DNA of 64,000 nt from Gemmatimonadaceae bacterium (GCA_051859245.1 JBHYGA010000005.1:859537-923536), one strand, 5' to 3'. Shown: positions 1-9,985, numbered from the stretch's first letter. Made by a program: numbers and translations. Notes: a model not told the origin generated them from the letters alone.

Positions 1-59
1 TCTTCACGTGGGAGCGCACTGATCGCGCGCGGGCGCTGCGTCGGGCTGTTGGCGCGTAA
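1..59 (+). CDS. metK: 3' end of S-adenosylmethionine synthetase (partial, runs off window)
   Basis: Frame starting at nt 3 reads FTWERTDRARALRRAVGA*, matching the typical MetK C-terminus (FTWE.TD.A..L). Only 18 codons are visible. Confidence 0.6.
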   Translation, partial: FTWERTDRARALRRAVGA

Positions 60-95
60 GCAACCGCGAGTCGCGACGTGCAAGCAGGAGGTGGC

Positions 96-635
96 ATGAC
101 GGAGGTCACCGTGGCCAGACTCGGCCTCGACAGCACCAGCAATACGTACGTGGTGGTGTTACGCGAGGTGGACGGTAGACGACTGCTACCAATCTGGATT
201 GGGCAGCCGGAGGCCGAGTCGATTGTGCTGCAAATCAACGGCGTCGTGCGTGAGCGTCCACTCACGCATGATCTGTGCAAGGCCTTGATTGTGGCCCTCG
301 GAGGCAAGCTGCAGCGCGTCGAGATCACCAAGGTGGTGAAGAGTACGTATTACGCCGAACTGCACATCGCAACGGCCGATGGCCTGGTCATTGTAGATGC
401 GCGCCCGAGTGACAGTCTGGCCATTGCGCTTCGGCTTGATGCGCCGATTTATGCGGCCGATTCCTTGCTCACCGTCGTTGATGAAGACGATGATGAAGAT
501 GACGACGACGGGCCGGGTTTTGGCCCGCCCACGCCGATACTGCTGCCCACACCGCGTGGTGAGATGACACCGGAGCAGCTCAAGGCCTATCTTGAACAGC
601 TGCGTCCCGAAGATTTCGGCAAGTTCACGCCCTGA
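96..635 (+). CDS. Bifunctional nuclease family protein (DUF151)
   Basis: Motifs LPIWIG..EA, RPLTHDL and DARPSDS.A.A. AGGAGG lies just before the ATG at 96. Confidence 0.9.
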   Translation: MTEVTVARLGLDSTSNTYVVVLREVDGRRLLPIWIGQPEAESIVLQINGVVRERPLTHDLCKALIVALGGKLQRVEITKVVKSTYYAELHIATADGLVIVDARPSDSLAIALRLDAPIYAADSLLTVVDEDDDEDDDDGPGFGPPTPILLPTPRGEMTPEQLKAYLEQLRPEDFGKFTP

Positions 636-646
636 CCCTGCTGCTT

Positions 647-1858
647 GTGTCTGCACGTTTGCTGCACACCGTCTCGTATCGCGCGCTGCTCGCTGCGCTG
701 TGTATTGCCGCGCCATCGTTGCGCGCACAACAACCGGAAGTGCGACGCGTAGAAGGTCGCGTTGTGCGTCCCGCGCCCTTCTTGCAGGGAGACAGCACCG
801 CCGTTGTCACCGTGCCCGATCAGTGGGTCACGTTGCATCGTGTATCGCCGACTCTGTCGGGGCCGCTTGATTCCATGAAGACTGGCCCCGCCGGCGAGTA
901 TCGTTTTCGGTATTCGCCCAGCGGTGGTCCCGAGGCGATCTACTTTGTCTCCGCGCAGTACGGCGGCATTGCGTACTTCACGAATCCGCTGCGCGGACTG
1001 GAGACTACCGGCGCCGCCGCGGAAATCGCTGTGTTTGACACGACATCACGCGCGTTCCCGCTCACCGTACGCGGTCGGCATTTGATTGTTGGCTCGCTCG
1101 ATAGCACGGGCTCGCGCACGGTGGTGGAAGTCTTCGAAATCTCGAACGACAGCACGCGCACGCTCATTGCGAACGAAAGTGATGATGCGTCCCCAACGTG
1201 GAGCGTCAGTGTACCGCTCGCGGCCCGCGATGTGAAAGCCGGGCAGGGCGATTTGCCCGCTGACGCTTTTGTACAGGCACCGGGCAAAGTGTCGCTTTTT
1301 GCTGCACTCGCGCCGGGTCTCAAGCAGTTGTCCATTTCGTATTCGGTGAACGAAAAGGACTTTCCGATTGAGTTCGACATTGAAGGTGGCGCAGTCGTAC
1401 TCGAAGTGTTGCTCGAAGAAGCGGAAGCGCGTGTGACTGGTGCAAATATTGTGGCCACGGATCCCGTGGCGCTTGAAGGTCGTCAGTTTCAGCGCTACCT
1501 CGTGCAGGATGTGCGCGCCGGCGAAACGATTGTCGTGACGGCGCCTGGCAGCGGTCTCGGAGGGCGCGGTTTGTATATCACCGTGCTGCTCGGCGCGATT
1601 GGTTTTCTGATGTTGCTGGCGCTGTTGCGCGCCGGTATTCGGAAGCAGCGTCCGTTGGAGTTCACACCACCGCGACCGTCGCTGGTGCCCGAGGTACCAA
1701 CGCCGGAACGTCTGGCGCGGGAGATTGCCGATCTCGACGCTGCGTTCTCCGCGCAGTCGGAGCCCAGTGAAGCGGTGCGACGCGCGTACGAGCGGCGTCG
1801 TGCCGAGTTGGCGGCAGCGCTGCGCGACGAGCTTGCTGGCAGCGGTACTCGCGTGTAA
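647..1858 (+). CDS. Hypothetical exported protein with a late TM anchor and short helical C-terminal tail
   Basis: N-terminal signal peptide, beta-rich body, hydrophobic segment LYITVLLGAIGFLMLLALL, then an ERLAREIADLD...YERRRAEL tail. Confidence 0.75.
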   Translation: MSARLLHTVSYRALLAALCIAAPSLRAQQPEVRRVEGRVVRPAPFLQGDSTAVVTVPDQWVTLHRVSPTLSGPLDSMKTGPAGEYRFRYSPSGGPEAIYFVSAQYGGIAYFTNPLRGLETTGAAAEIAVFDTTSRAFPLTVRGRHLIVGSLDSTGSRTVVEVFEISNDSTRTLIANESDDASPTWSVSVPLAARDVKAGQGDLPADAFVQAPGKVSLFAALAPGLKQLSISYSVNEKDFPIEFDIEGGAVVLEVLLEEAEARVTGANIVATDPVALEGRQFQRYLVQDVRAGETIVVTAPGSGLGGRGLYITVLLGAIGFLMLLALLRAGIRKQRPLEFTPPRPSLVPEVPTPERLAREIADLDAAFSAQSEPSEAVRRAYERRRAELAAALRDELAGSGTRV

Positions 1859-1880
1859 TGTTTTGGAATGGCGGTCCGGA

Positions 1881-2088
1881 CTCGTGGTCCAATCCGTCTG
1901 ACAATTGATCGTGCGTGCGGGACACGGAAGCCGGTTCAATGCCGGCGCGGCCCCGCCACTGTATCGGGCATGCAGTGATTGCTTCGGCGATCGCTGACAC
2001 GTCTGCTCACCTGGTCACTGTTCGGTGCACGACACCGAATGGGAAGACACGAGCAGCACGGCCCGGAGCCAGGAGACGACCCGCGCGC
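1881..2088 (+). ncRNA. Cobalamin (B12) riboswitch
   Basis: Conserved elements in order: CGGAAGCCGGT (1925-1935), CCCCGCCACTGT (1951-1962), TCACTG (2015-2020), TGGGAAG (2040-2046) and B12-box AGCCAGGAGAC (2067-2077). Sits upstream of a BtuFCD/BtuB-like operon. Ends approximate. Confidence 0.9.
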
Positions 2089-2183
2089 GATTTGTACGAA
2101 CACCCTCGAGGGGGGGGCTCGTGCCGCAGGGTACCGTTTGTTGGCGCCGGGTCAGGTGTCATCGCGAGATCCTCCGTGCCCGG

Positions 2184-2217
2184 GCGTCCTTCTCATATTC
2201 TCGAGAGGACGCTTTTT
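2184..2217 (+). promoter_or_regulatory. Riboswitch expression platform: RBS-sequestering, terminator-like hairpin
   Basis: GCGTCC-T-TCTC pairs with GAGA-GGACGC, which contains the SD, and is followed by TTTTT overlapping the TTG start at 2216. Confidence 0.6.
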
Positions 2218-3202
2218 GTTTATCGCACGTCGTGCGTTTCAGGGTTGTGCGGCGGTACTCGTGGCGATCGCGGTTGCCACAGGCTGCGCGCGCGACACCG
2301 ATTCCGCTCAGCCAGTAGCCACCGCGCGCGACACAGCCGTTGCGTCTGCGGCGCCGTCTGCGCGCGATCGCACGCTGGCCAGCGATACGAGTCGTACCGA
2401 TGATTTTGGCGAAGTGTTGCCAACAGACGCGCGCTACGCGGAACGCGTTGTCTCGCTCAATCCGGCGTTCACGGAAATTGGTTTTGCGATTGGTGCGGGT
2501 GCACAGTTCGTTGGGCGTACGTCATGGGATGAGCGTCCGGCGGAGGCGCTGGCTGTCACCAACGTGGGCCCGGGCATTCGCCCCAATGTCGAAGCGGTGC
2601 TTGCCACGAGGCCAACGCTCGTCTTGTTGTACGCCACGGCGGAAAACCGCGCGGCCGCGGAGGCGTTCAAGCAAGCCGGTATTCACACGCTCGCGCTGCG
2701 TACCATCACGATTGCCGACTTTCAGCGCGCCGCGCGCGTGATCGGCGTTGCGCTTGGAAAAGAAACGGCCGCAACACAACTGATCGACTCCATCAACACC
2801 ACACTGGCGGCGGTGCGTACGGCGGTTGCCGGCGCGCCACGACCGCGCGTGGTATGGCCATCGTGGGACGCGCCCGTGCTCGTGGTAGCCAACGCGTCGT
2901 ACGAAGCCGAACTGCTGGAGATTGCTGGCGCCGAGAACGTGTTCGCCGATCGCAATGAGTCGGTCGCGGGTGTTACGATCGAAGAGATCGCGCGACGTGA
3001 TCCGGATCTGGTGCTGGCAGGCCCACAGCGAGTGGCGTTGTTGCGAGAGCGTGAACCGTGGCAGGCCATTCGCGCCGTGCGTGAAGGTCAGTTCGTGACG
3101 TTGGACTCGATGCTCGTTGGTCGCCCGGGTGTCACCATCGGCATGGCCGCTGTTTCGATTGCGCGTGCGTTGCACCCTGATCGTGCGAACAGGTTGCCGT
3201 GA
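2216..3202 (+). CDS. btuF: Cobalamin ABC transporter substrate-binding lipoprotein (BtuF-like)
   Basis: RVVSLNP..TEI.FAIGAG...VGR and PNVEAVLA..P.LV motifs; lipobox ATGC. Start moved from ORF 1979 (which overlaps the riboswitch) to in-frame TTG 2216 behind GAGAGGA. Confidence 0.8.
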   Translation: MFIARRAFQGCAAVLVAIAVATGCARDTDSAQPVATARDTAVASAAPSARDRTLASDTSRTDDFGEVLPTDARYAERVVSLNPAFTEIGFAIGAGAQFVGRTSWDERPAEALAVTNVGPGIRPNVEAVLATRPTLVLLYATAENRAAAEAFKQAGIHTLALRTITIADFQRAARVIGVALGKETAATQLIDSINTTLAAVRTAVAGAPRPRVVWPSWDAPVLVVANASYEAELLEIAGAENVFADRNESVAGVTIEEIARRDPDLVLAGPQRVALLREREPWQAIRAVREGQFVTLDSMLVGRPGVTIGMAAVSIARALHPDRANRLP

Positions 3203-4176
3203 ACAAACTCGCGCTCCCGATTGGCATTGTGCTCATGTGCGTGGCCATGCTTCTGGCCGTGGGCATCGGCTCCGTGTCGATACCGGTGAGTGATGTGATT
3301 GATGCACTGCTTGGTCGCGGTGAACCGCACATTGTGTCGATCGTGCGCGACTTGCGTGCTCCGCGCGTGCTAATCGCGGCCGTTGCGGGCGCGGCGTTGG
3401 CCATGAGTGGTGCAGCGCTTCAAGGCACGTTGCGCAATCCGCTGGCCGAGCCGTATCTGTTGGGCGTATCTGGTGGGGCGGCGGTTGGTGCGGTTGCGGC
3501 GCTTACGATGGGGTGGGGAACGCCCACCGTGGTGACGCTCGCCGCATTTGGTGGTGCGGCTGTGTCTACGATGCTCGTGGGACTGCTCGCGCGTTACGCT
3601 GGAGGTCGCGCCGAGCCGCGCTTGCTACTGATGGCGGGCGTCGTGGTTGGTGCGTTTTCCAACGCGGTGATTCTCGTGGCGCTGGCCGATGCGCCACCGG
3701 ATCGCATTCGCGGTGCGCTGTGGTGGATGATGGGCTCCACCGCAGACGCCACGTACGGCGCCGTGGTGCGCACGTTCGCCGCGCTTGTGCTGTTGGGTGG
3801 CATTTTGCTGGTGCGCGCGCGTGAACTCGATGTGCTCGCGCTGGGTGAAGAACCCGCCGTTGCGCTCGGCGCGGATGTGGATCGCGCCGCGCGCCGCACA
3901 TTTCTGGTGGCGTCGTGGCTTGCTGCCGCCACCGTGGCCACGATCGGGCTGATCGGATTTGTAGGACTTGTTGTGCCCAATCTTGCTCGCGCGCTCGGTG
4001 CCCGTCGACATCGTGCGATGTTGGTGTTGTCGGCGGTGTACGGTGCGGCACTGCTTGTATCAGCGGATATCCTTGCGCGATCCGTGCGCGCCCCGATTGA
4101 GCTGCCGCTCGGCGCGGTGACGGCGTTGGTTGGCGTGCCGTTCTTCCTCGCGCGTTTGCGGAAGCTGAGTTCATGA
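3199..4176 (+). CDS. btuC: FecCD/BtuC-family ABC permease
   Basis: R.PRV, LRNPLAEPYLLGVS.GA and GLIGFVGLVVP motifs; multiple TM helices; B12 context. Confidence 0.85.
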   Translation: MNKLALPIGIVLMCVAMLLAVGIGSVSIPVSDVIDALLGRGEPHIVSIVRDLRAPRVLIAAVAGAALAMSGAALQGTLRNPLAEPYLLGVSGGAAVGAVAALTMGWGTPTVVTLAAFGGAAVSTMLVGLLARYAGGRAEPRLLLMAGVVVGAFSNAVILVALADAPPDRIRGALWWMMGSTADATYGAVVRTFAALVLLGGILLVRARELDVLALGEEPAVALGADVDRAARRTFLVASWLAAATVATIGLIGFVGLVVPNLARALGARRHRAMLVLSAVYGAALLVSADILARSVRAPIELPLGAVTALVGVPFFLARLRKLSS

Positions 4177-5009
4177 GCGGCGAACAGACCCTCGTCGCGG
4201 CAGCGCCGCTCGGTTTTCATGAGCTGAGTGTCACGTATCCGCGTGCCGTCACGCCGGCGCTCCGCGGCGTATCGCTTGCGGTAGACGCCGCCAAGGTGAC
4301 CGCAGTCGTTGGGCCGAACGGCAGCGGCAAGAGTACGATTGTGCGCGCGTTGTTGCGACGCGTGGCGCTTTCGCACGGCACGATCACACTGGGTGGTGAT
4401 GCGATTGGTTCGCTGGATGCGCGGGCGATCGCGCGACGCGTCGCGGTGGTGCCGCAACGGGAAGAAGTACAGCTCGCCTTGCCGGTGCATGAGTTTGTCG
4501 CGCTCGGACGGCACGTGCATCTTGGGGCGTTCACGCCCATGGGCGCGCATGATCGTGCGGCGGTGGCCGACGCGCTCGAGCGTGCCGGCATGGCGCATCT
4601 GGCCGATCGCACAACAGATACGCTCTCAGGTGGTGAGTGGCAGCGCGTGCGTATTGCGCGGGCACTTGCACAGCAGGCGCCGATCATTGTGCTGGACGAG
4701 CCAACCACGTTTCTCGACATCGCACACGAGATGGCGGTGTTTGAGTTGCTCGACGCGCTGGCGAGCGAAGGGCGAGCCGTGTTGGTGATCAGTCACCAAC
4801 TCAATCTGGTGGCCCGGTTTGCATCGCACATTGTGCTGCTGTCGGCAGGCGAAGTGGCGGCGGCTGGCAGTGCGGCAGATGTCATGCGCGGTGATGTGCT
4901 TGAACGTGTGTATGATTGGCCGCTCGTGGTCACGCGTGACCCGGCCGTTGGTGCGCCCGCGCTTGTGCCACTGCGCCGTGGTGTGCGTCGCGGAGGAACG
5001 GGCGGGTGA
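4173..5009 (+). CDS. btuD: ABC ATPase (FepC/BtuD type)
   Basis: Walker A GPNGSGKS, signature LSGGEWQR, Walker B LDEPT, H-loop. Confidence 0.85.
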   Translation: MSGEQTLVAAAPLGFHELSVTYPRAVTPALRGVSLAVDAAKVTAVVGPNGSGKSTIVRALLRRVALSHGTITLGGDAIGSLDARAIARRVAVVPQREEVQLALPVHEFVALGRHVHLGAFTPMGAHDRAAVADALERAGMAHLADRTTDTLSGGEWQRVRIARALAQQAPIIVLDEPTTFLDIAHEMAVFELLDALASEGRAVLVISHQLNLVARFASHIVLLSAGEVAAAGSAADVMRGDVLERVYDWPLVVTRDPAVGAPALVPLRRGVRRGGTGG

Positions 5010-7201
5010 GCGCCCTCGCATCTCGTCCCTCCACGGCGCGGGTTCACGGGCGAGCTGCACGCGCAACAAGCCTTTGCGCGTGCGTGTGGTTGTTGGTCGT
5101 TGCGCCGAGCCTGCCGGCGCAAGCGGCAATGCGGGCCCAAGCTTCGATGCCGGCGCCATCAGCGATACCGGCGCAGGAATCTCAACGTCGAGTTGTGTGT
5201 GTGCGCGATGCGTCAACGCGCAGCGCGGTTCCGTATGCACGCGTGCGTGATCTGCGCAGCGAGAGCAACGTGTGGTTTACGCCGGTTGATGGTTGCGTGG
5301 TGCTCGGCACACTTGCCAGCTGGCCCGACGGCACGCGAATCTCGGTGTCGCGCATAGGCTACGCGAGACGCGAGTTGTCGCTCGGTGTGACCAATCCATC
5401 GCAGCGCGTTGACACGCTGTTCGTGCAGCTGCAGCCACTCGCCGCCGTGCTGCCATCCAACACAGTTGTTGGTGCGGCACCATTCATGAGCTCCACCGGT
5501 GAACGCAACGCCGTAACGGTGAATACCGATTCGGCGCGCGCCATGGGCGTTGCAACAACTGGGGCGCTCGTGGCGCTGTTGCCGTACACATTTCCGAGAA
5601 GCGCCCGTGGCGACGTGTCATTGTCACTGCGCGGCGCGAGGCGTGAGCAGGTTGCCGTCACACTTGACGGCGTGTCGCTGTCTGATCCCGCGACCGGGTT
5701 GGCCGATCTGGCTGATGTGCCGCTGGTGATGATTGGTTCGGCAACGGTGTCGCCGGGCAGTGATGCACTGCATGTTGGACCGGGCGCGTCGGGCGGTGTG
5801 CTCGCGCTTGCGAGTAGCGCCGCACCGATGGCCACGATGCGCATCAGTGCGTTTAATGATGCGCTTGTTGAGGGCGCATGGGGCGCCAGAATCGGCGGCG
5901 CCCGCCTGCGCGTTGGTGGATCACACCGCACTGCGCAAAACGACTATCCCTTTATCAATACCGCGACAACAACGGGCGTCGCACTCACGGAACGTCGCGT
6001 CAACAATGATGTGCGGCGTTCCAGCGCCATGCTGCAATTCGAAACCGGTCGCACGCAACTGTCTCTCCTGGCGTCGCGTGCGTCCACTGGTTTGGTGGGA
6101 CCAGTCAATGTGCGCGACTACGACAACGACCGATCGCACACCACGCGCATTTTTTCGCGTGGCACGGTGCAGGCTGGTCGTGCACTGCTGTCGGTATCGG
6201 GCCGTGCATTCTCGCTCGCGTATCGTGATCCGGCTCGACCCGAGTTCAACGCGCTGGCCGAAGCAATTGCCGTGGATGCAGACGCGCGCGGTCGCCTGCG
6301 TGGCGCCGTGTTGCATGCCGGGATCGGTGGCGACGCGCTGCGCGCATCACAAAACGTGCGTCAGACACGCGGTCGCGCATTCGCCGCCGTACATGTGGCG
6401 CGTGAAGCGCGTGGCGTGCTGTTCGATGGCGGCGTACGCGCTGATGTGATCAGCGAGAGCGGCGTGCAGCCGGTGTTTTCGCTCACCGCACAGCGCGCCT
6501 GGCAGCATGCGACGGTCGGGGCCCGCGTGGGGCAGGCCGTCCGGGCCCCCACGTTGTACGATCTGTACTTCTCCTCGCCGCAACGCATTACGGTGCGCGC
6601 GCTGCAGCCGGAGCGCGTGGTGCTCGATGCGGAGGTGTTTGCACGCTGGCGTCCGTTGCCGATGCGGAACTGGCGCGCGTCGGCAGACGTGGCGCTGGTC
6701 CGTCGTGACACGCGCAACGCCATTGTGTGGTTTCCCGGCAACTTTGGCTGGAGTCCAGCGAATGTTGGCCGTGAGCAGATGCAGGGGATTGAGACGCGTG
6801 TCGCCGTTGAGCATGCGCGTGCCGCAATCAGCGCGTGGATCACGTCGTACGCGCCAACGCTCGTGTCAGGTGCGCTTCGTATTCCAACGCCGTATGTCCC
6901 GTCCAACGCCGGCGGCGGTAACGCGCGCCTTGTGGTTGGCCCGTTGCATGTGGGCGTGGCCGCGCGCGTGATGGGCGAGCGGCCGTACACCGCGGGACCA
7001 CGTGACCCCGCATTCATGCTCCCCGCCGTCGCGCTGCTCGACGGTTCCGTTAGCGCCCATCACGCGTTCGCTCGCGCGGATGCACTCGTGTCGATCAGTC
7101 TCGACAATCTCACTGACCGTGCCTGGCAGTCCGTGCGCGGTTTTCCGTCGCCGGGCCGAGCGTGGTCCGTCGCACTTACCATTCGTCCCATCGCTCCATG
7201 A
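5006..7201 (+). CDS. TonB-dependent outer-membrane receptor, probably BtuB-like
   Basis: Signal peptide, plug motif SLRGA...V.V.LDGV, RAPTLYDLY..L.PER and C-terminal DNLTD......GFPSPGR; lies in the B12-riboswitch operon. Confidence 0.85.
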   Translation: MSALASRPSTARVHGRAARATSLCACVWLLVVAPSLPAQAAMRAQASMPAPSAIPAQESQRRVVCVRDASTRSAVPYARVRDLRSESNVWFTPVDGCVVLGTLASWPDGTRISVSRIGYARRELSLGVTNPSQRVDTLFVQLQPLAAVLPSNTVVGAAPFMSSTGERNAVTVNTDSARAMGVATTGALVALLPYTFPRSARGDVSLSLRGARREQVAVTLDGVSLSDPATGLADLADVPLVMIGSATVSPGSDALHVGPGASGGVLALASSAAPMATMRISAFNDALVEGAWGARIGGARLRVGGSHRTAQNDYPFINTATTTGVALTERRVNNDVRRSSAMLQFETGRTQLSLLASRASTGLVGPVNVRDYDNDRSHTTRIFSRGTVQAGRALLSVSGRAFSLAYRDPARPEFNALAEAIAVDADARGRLRGAVLHAGIGGDALRASQNVRQTRGRAFAAVHVAREARGVLFDGGVRADVISESGVQPVFSLTAQRAWQHATVGARVGQAVRAPTLYDLYFSSPQRITVRALQPERVVLDAEVFARWRPLPMRNWRASADVALVRRDTRNAIVWFPGNFGWSPANVGREQMQGIETRVAVEHARAAISAWITSYAPTLVSGALRIPTPYVPSNAGGGNARLVVGPLHVGVAARVMGERPYTAGPRDPAFMLPAVALLDGSVSAHHAFARADALVSISLDNLTDRAWQSVRGFPSPGRAWSVALTIRPIAP

Positions 7202-8337
7202 AGACCCGCGCCACGTTCGTACGTACCGTTGCCACTGTCACTGCACTATCGCTGCTCACCGCGTGCGGCGACGACGGCAGCACCAATCCGCAGCAGCTCA
7301 CGCCTCGCGGCATTGTTGTGCTCGACGGCTTCATTCAACCCGGACTCACACTGGTTCCGGACTCTGGCAGCAGCACGCAGCGCATCGCCCTCGGCGCTCC
7401 CACCGAGTTCGATGCGGGGTCGTTCTCGTTGCGCAACGATACGGCGCTCGCGGCGTCGAGCCGCGGCGCGGGTGATTTGTTGTATATCGCGCCGCTGCAA
7501 ACGGGCGCCGTGCGTCGCATTCAAATGCCGGCTCGCAGCAATCCAGCGCGCGCGCGACTGCTTGAAGGCACCGGTGGAAGTGCACTGATCGGCGTGCCGC
7601 TTCGCGATAACGGCGCCCTCGCCTTGGTGTCGATTGCGCCGTCGGGTTCATTCACCACGGCGACGATCGGTGACCTTGGTGCGTGTCCCACCGATGTGTT
7701 TCAGTATGGCGGCGACGTCTGGGTCGTCGATGCGAACGCCAGCTGCGCAACCACGTATCGCCCGATCGGTGCGATGCGACTCATTCGTCTTCGCTCGGGG
7801 GGCACGCGTCAGGTTATTCCGCTTGATGCGCTGCGTGGGTCCGACGCGAGTGTGATTGTGCAGGGCAACAACGCGTATATCTCCGCCGGAGGCGACGCAG
7901 ACTTCTCGAGTTTCCCGTATCGCGTTGTTGTTGGTGGTGCGATTGCAAGCGTTGATTTGTCCACGGGCACAGTGCTTGGCGTTCGCACCATGCCAACGGG
8001 AACGTACGGTGCGAGTACGAAGCTCGGACTCGACGGCAAGTTCCACGTATCGCTGTTTGAAGACCTCGAGAATTTCAGAACGCGTACCATCTCGTATTCG
8101 ATTCCCACATTGGTACCCACGGGCACGCGCGTGGCGGGTCGCGATTGGCTAGCGTTGCGCAATGCCGCTGGTGAACAGGTGAGCTGCGGCTCGTCGATGG
8201 CAGACGGACTGGGACGCTTGCACTGCATTGAGAATCGCACCGGATCGGCCACGTTTCTGATGGTGTTTGCACCAGACGGTTCACTGGTGCGCGAAGTTGC
8301 GGCCGGGCAGGGCGGTGTGGATCTGCGGTTCCGGTAG
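7198..8337 (+). CDS. Uncharacterised lipoprotein, predicted beta-propeller-like
   Basis: ATG 7198 overlaps the receptor stop (ATGA); lipobox LLTAC; beta-rich repeated segments. Confidence 0.75.
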   Translation: MKTRATFVRTVATVTALSLLTACGDDGSTNPQQLTPRGIVVLDGFIQPGLTLVPDSGSSTQRIALGAPTEFDAGSFSLRNDTALAASSRGAGDLLYIAPLQTGAVRRIQMPARSNPARARLLEGTGGSALIGVPLRDNGALALVSIAPSGSFTTATIGDLGACPTDVFQYGGDVWVVDANASCATTYRPIGAMRLIRLRSGGTRQVIPLDALRGSDASVIVQGNNAYISAGGDADFSSFPYRVVVGGAIASVDLSTGTVLGVRTMPTGTYGASTKLGLDGKFHVSLFEDLENFRTRTISYSIPTLVPTGTRVAGRDWLALRNAAGEQVSCGSSMADGLGRLHCIENRTGSATFLMVFAPDGSLVREVAAGQGGVDLRFR

Positions 8338-8373
8338 GCCGTAGCGCGTCTGGCGCGCGAGTAGATTGCACGC

Positions 8374-9126
8374 ATGCCTCTTGTTGCCACCGACGCACTC
8401 GTGCTGCACGTCTTCGACTATCTCGAAACGTCGCGCATTTTTCGGCTGGCCACGCGGGACTTCGGCGTACAATCGGTGCTCGCGCGCGGCGTAAGGCGAT
8501 CGTCCGGCCGATTCGGATCGGCGCTCGACCTCTACTCCGAAGGTGTCGCGCAGCTCGACATGCGTCCCGGGCGAGAGCTGCAAACGCTCACCGGCTTCGA
8601 TGTCGTCAAATCGCGACCTGGGCTGGCCACCGATCTCGCGCGATTCACGGCCGCCGCGTCCCTGTCCGAATGCGTGCAGCGCGTGGTGACCGAGGATCAC
8701 GCGCCGATGGCCTTCGAGATCGCGTCGGCGGCGTTCGACGAACTGTGCGTTGTGCCGGCCGCCGACGTTGTGACGGCGGCGCTGGGGGCGCTCTGGCGTC
8801 TGGTGTCAGAGCTGGGGTTCGCCCCGTCGCTCGACGCGTGCGCGGCCTGCCACCGCCCGATCGACGGGGAAAGCGCTGCCTCGTTCAGTCACGCCGCCGG
8901 TGGGGTGCTGTGTGGCTCCTGCGCGCAGCGAGCGCCCGGCGCGCGACGGTTACCACTAAACGCGCGCCGCGCGATCGAGGCATGGCTGGAGGGCCGCCCG
9001 GTGCCCGTGCTGTCTGATGCCGAGGGCAGGGCCCACCAGCGCCTTCTGAGAGAGTTCCTCGGTCAGCACCTGACCGACGTTCGCACGATGAAGGCATGGA
9101 CTGCCTGGGAGCAGGGGCGCTGGTAG
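8374..9126 (+). CDS. recO: DNA repair protein RecO
   Basis: OB-fold start (ALVL...DYLETSRI....T...G....ARG) and Zn finger CAAC...C..C (GGVLCGSC). Confidence 0.93.
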   Translation: MPLVATDALVLHVFDYLETSRIFRLATRDFGVQSVLARGVRRSSGRFGSALDLYSEGVAQLDMRPGRELQTLTGFDVVKSRPGLATDLARFTAAASLSECVQRVVTEDHAPMAFEIASAAFDELCVVPAADVVTAALGALWRLVSELGFAPSLDACAACHRPIDGESAASFSHAAGGVLCGSCAQRAPGARRLPLNARRAIEAWLEGRPVPVLSDAEGRAHQRLLREFLGQHLTDVRTMKAWTAWEQGRW

Positions 9127-9389
9127 CGTGTTGCGCTCGGATAGAAGCGTCGCAGTTTTGCTCCGGTGCGGCTTTTGGCAGACTCAGAGCGCCGAAACGG
9201 CAGGCATACATCGTGCGTGAAACTTGCTGGCATTCGCGTGACGGTTGTCACGCCGGAACAGAGGAGCTCGCCGCGGGTACGCGTTCAAGTATGTGACACT
9301 GTCCCTCTGGAGCGCGTGGGCGCGGCACGTCAGGTAGTGTGTTGCCACGAGGCGGTCAGCGGACACCGGAAAAACGCGGTTTGTGTTGC

Positions 9390-9419
9390 TTGACACCCCC
9401 CCTTGTGCGTCAGTACTTT
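9390..9419 (+). promoter_or_regulatory. Putative sigma70 promoter
   Basis: TTGACA (9390-9395), 18-nt spacer, TACTTT (9414-9419), upstream of the 9494 ORF. Confidence 0.6.
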
Positions 9420-9493
9420 GCTACTTCGTGCTGTAATCCTTCACCAACCACAGGAGACTGTACCAAGCCCCTGATTCGTCAGTAGGAGAAAAC

Positions 9494-9964
9494 ATGAGAC
9501 GTGTAGTGACTTGGCTGGGACTCGTCCTGGCGGTCAGCGCGTTCATGCCACGTGAAGTCGCGGCGCAGGCCGGTGTGCTGGATCCAGCAAGTACCGTTGT
9601 GCGCCCTGGGGTAGGAAAGCTCGCTCAGAACTATCCGAACCCCTTCAACCCTGAGACATGGTTTCCGTTTACTGTAGGTGACGCGCCTGCATGTACGGAG
9701 CCCGGTCGGCAGTATCGGGTTTCTCTGCGAATAGTCAATCTGCTCGCGAGAGAAGTATCGGTACCGGTATTGCAACGAGGCACCGGCGGTGTTGCCGGTG
9801 GCCAAGCGCTGAACGGCGTCATGCTGCCTTGCGGTGAGTATGAAGCCTACTGGGATGGAAAGGATAAGCGTACAGGTCGGGAAGCTCCTTCCGGCATCTA
9901 CACTTATCTGCTTCAGATCGACAACCAGCGGCCCTTGGTGAAGAAGATGAGCGTGGTGAACTGA
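9494..9964 (+). CDS. Secreted stand-alone FlgD-Ig / T9SS type-A CTD-like protein
   Basis: Signal peptide, then LAQNYPNPFNPET...I.NLL...YWDG.D..G...SGIY.Y.L...KKM..V; SD AGGAG. Confidence 0.8.
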   Translation: MRRVVTWLGLVLAVSAFMPREVAAQAGVLDPASTVVRPGVGKLAQNYPNPFNPETWFPFTVGDAPACTEPGRQYRVSLRIVNLLAREVSVPVLQRGTGGVAGGQALNGVMLPCGEYEAYWDGKDKRTGREAPSGIYTYLLQIDNQRPLVKKMSVVN

Positions 9965-9985
9965 ACGCCACAGGCAGAGATCCAC

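Noticed and set aside
1979..2215. N-terminal extension of the BtuF-like ORF
   Set aside because: It overlaps the cobalamin riboswitch; the SD and lipoprotein signal point to TTG 2216.
8338..9126. recO under control of the B12 riboswitch
   Set aside because: A -10-like box 6 nt before the recO ATG suggests its own promoter; read-through cannot be excluded.
9127..9389. Possible ncRNA (6S, SRP) or small ORF in the long intergenic region
   Set aside because: No recognisable conserved motifs; the listed short ORFs lack an RBS and coding-like composition.
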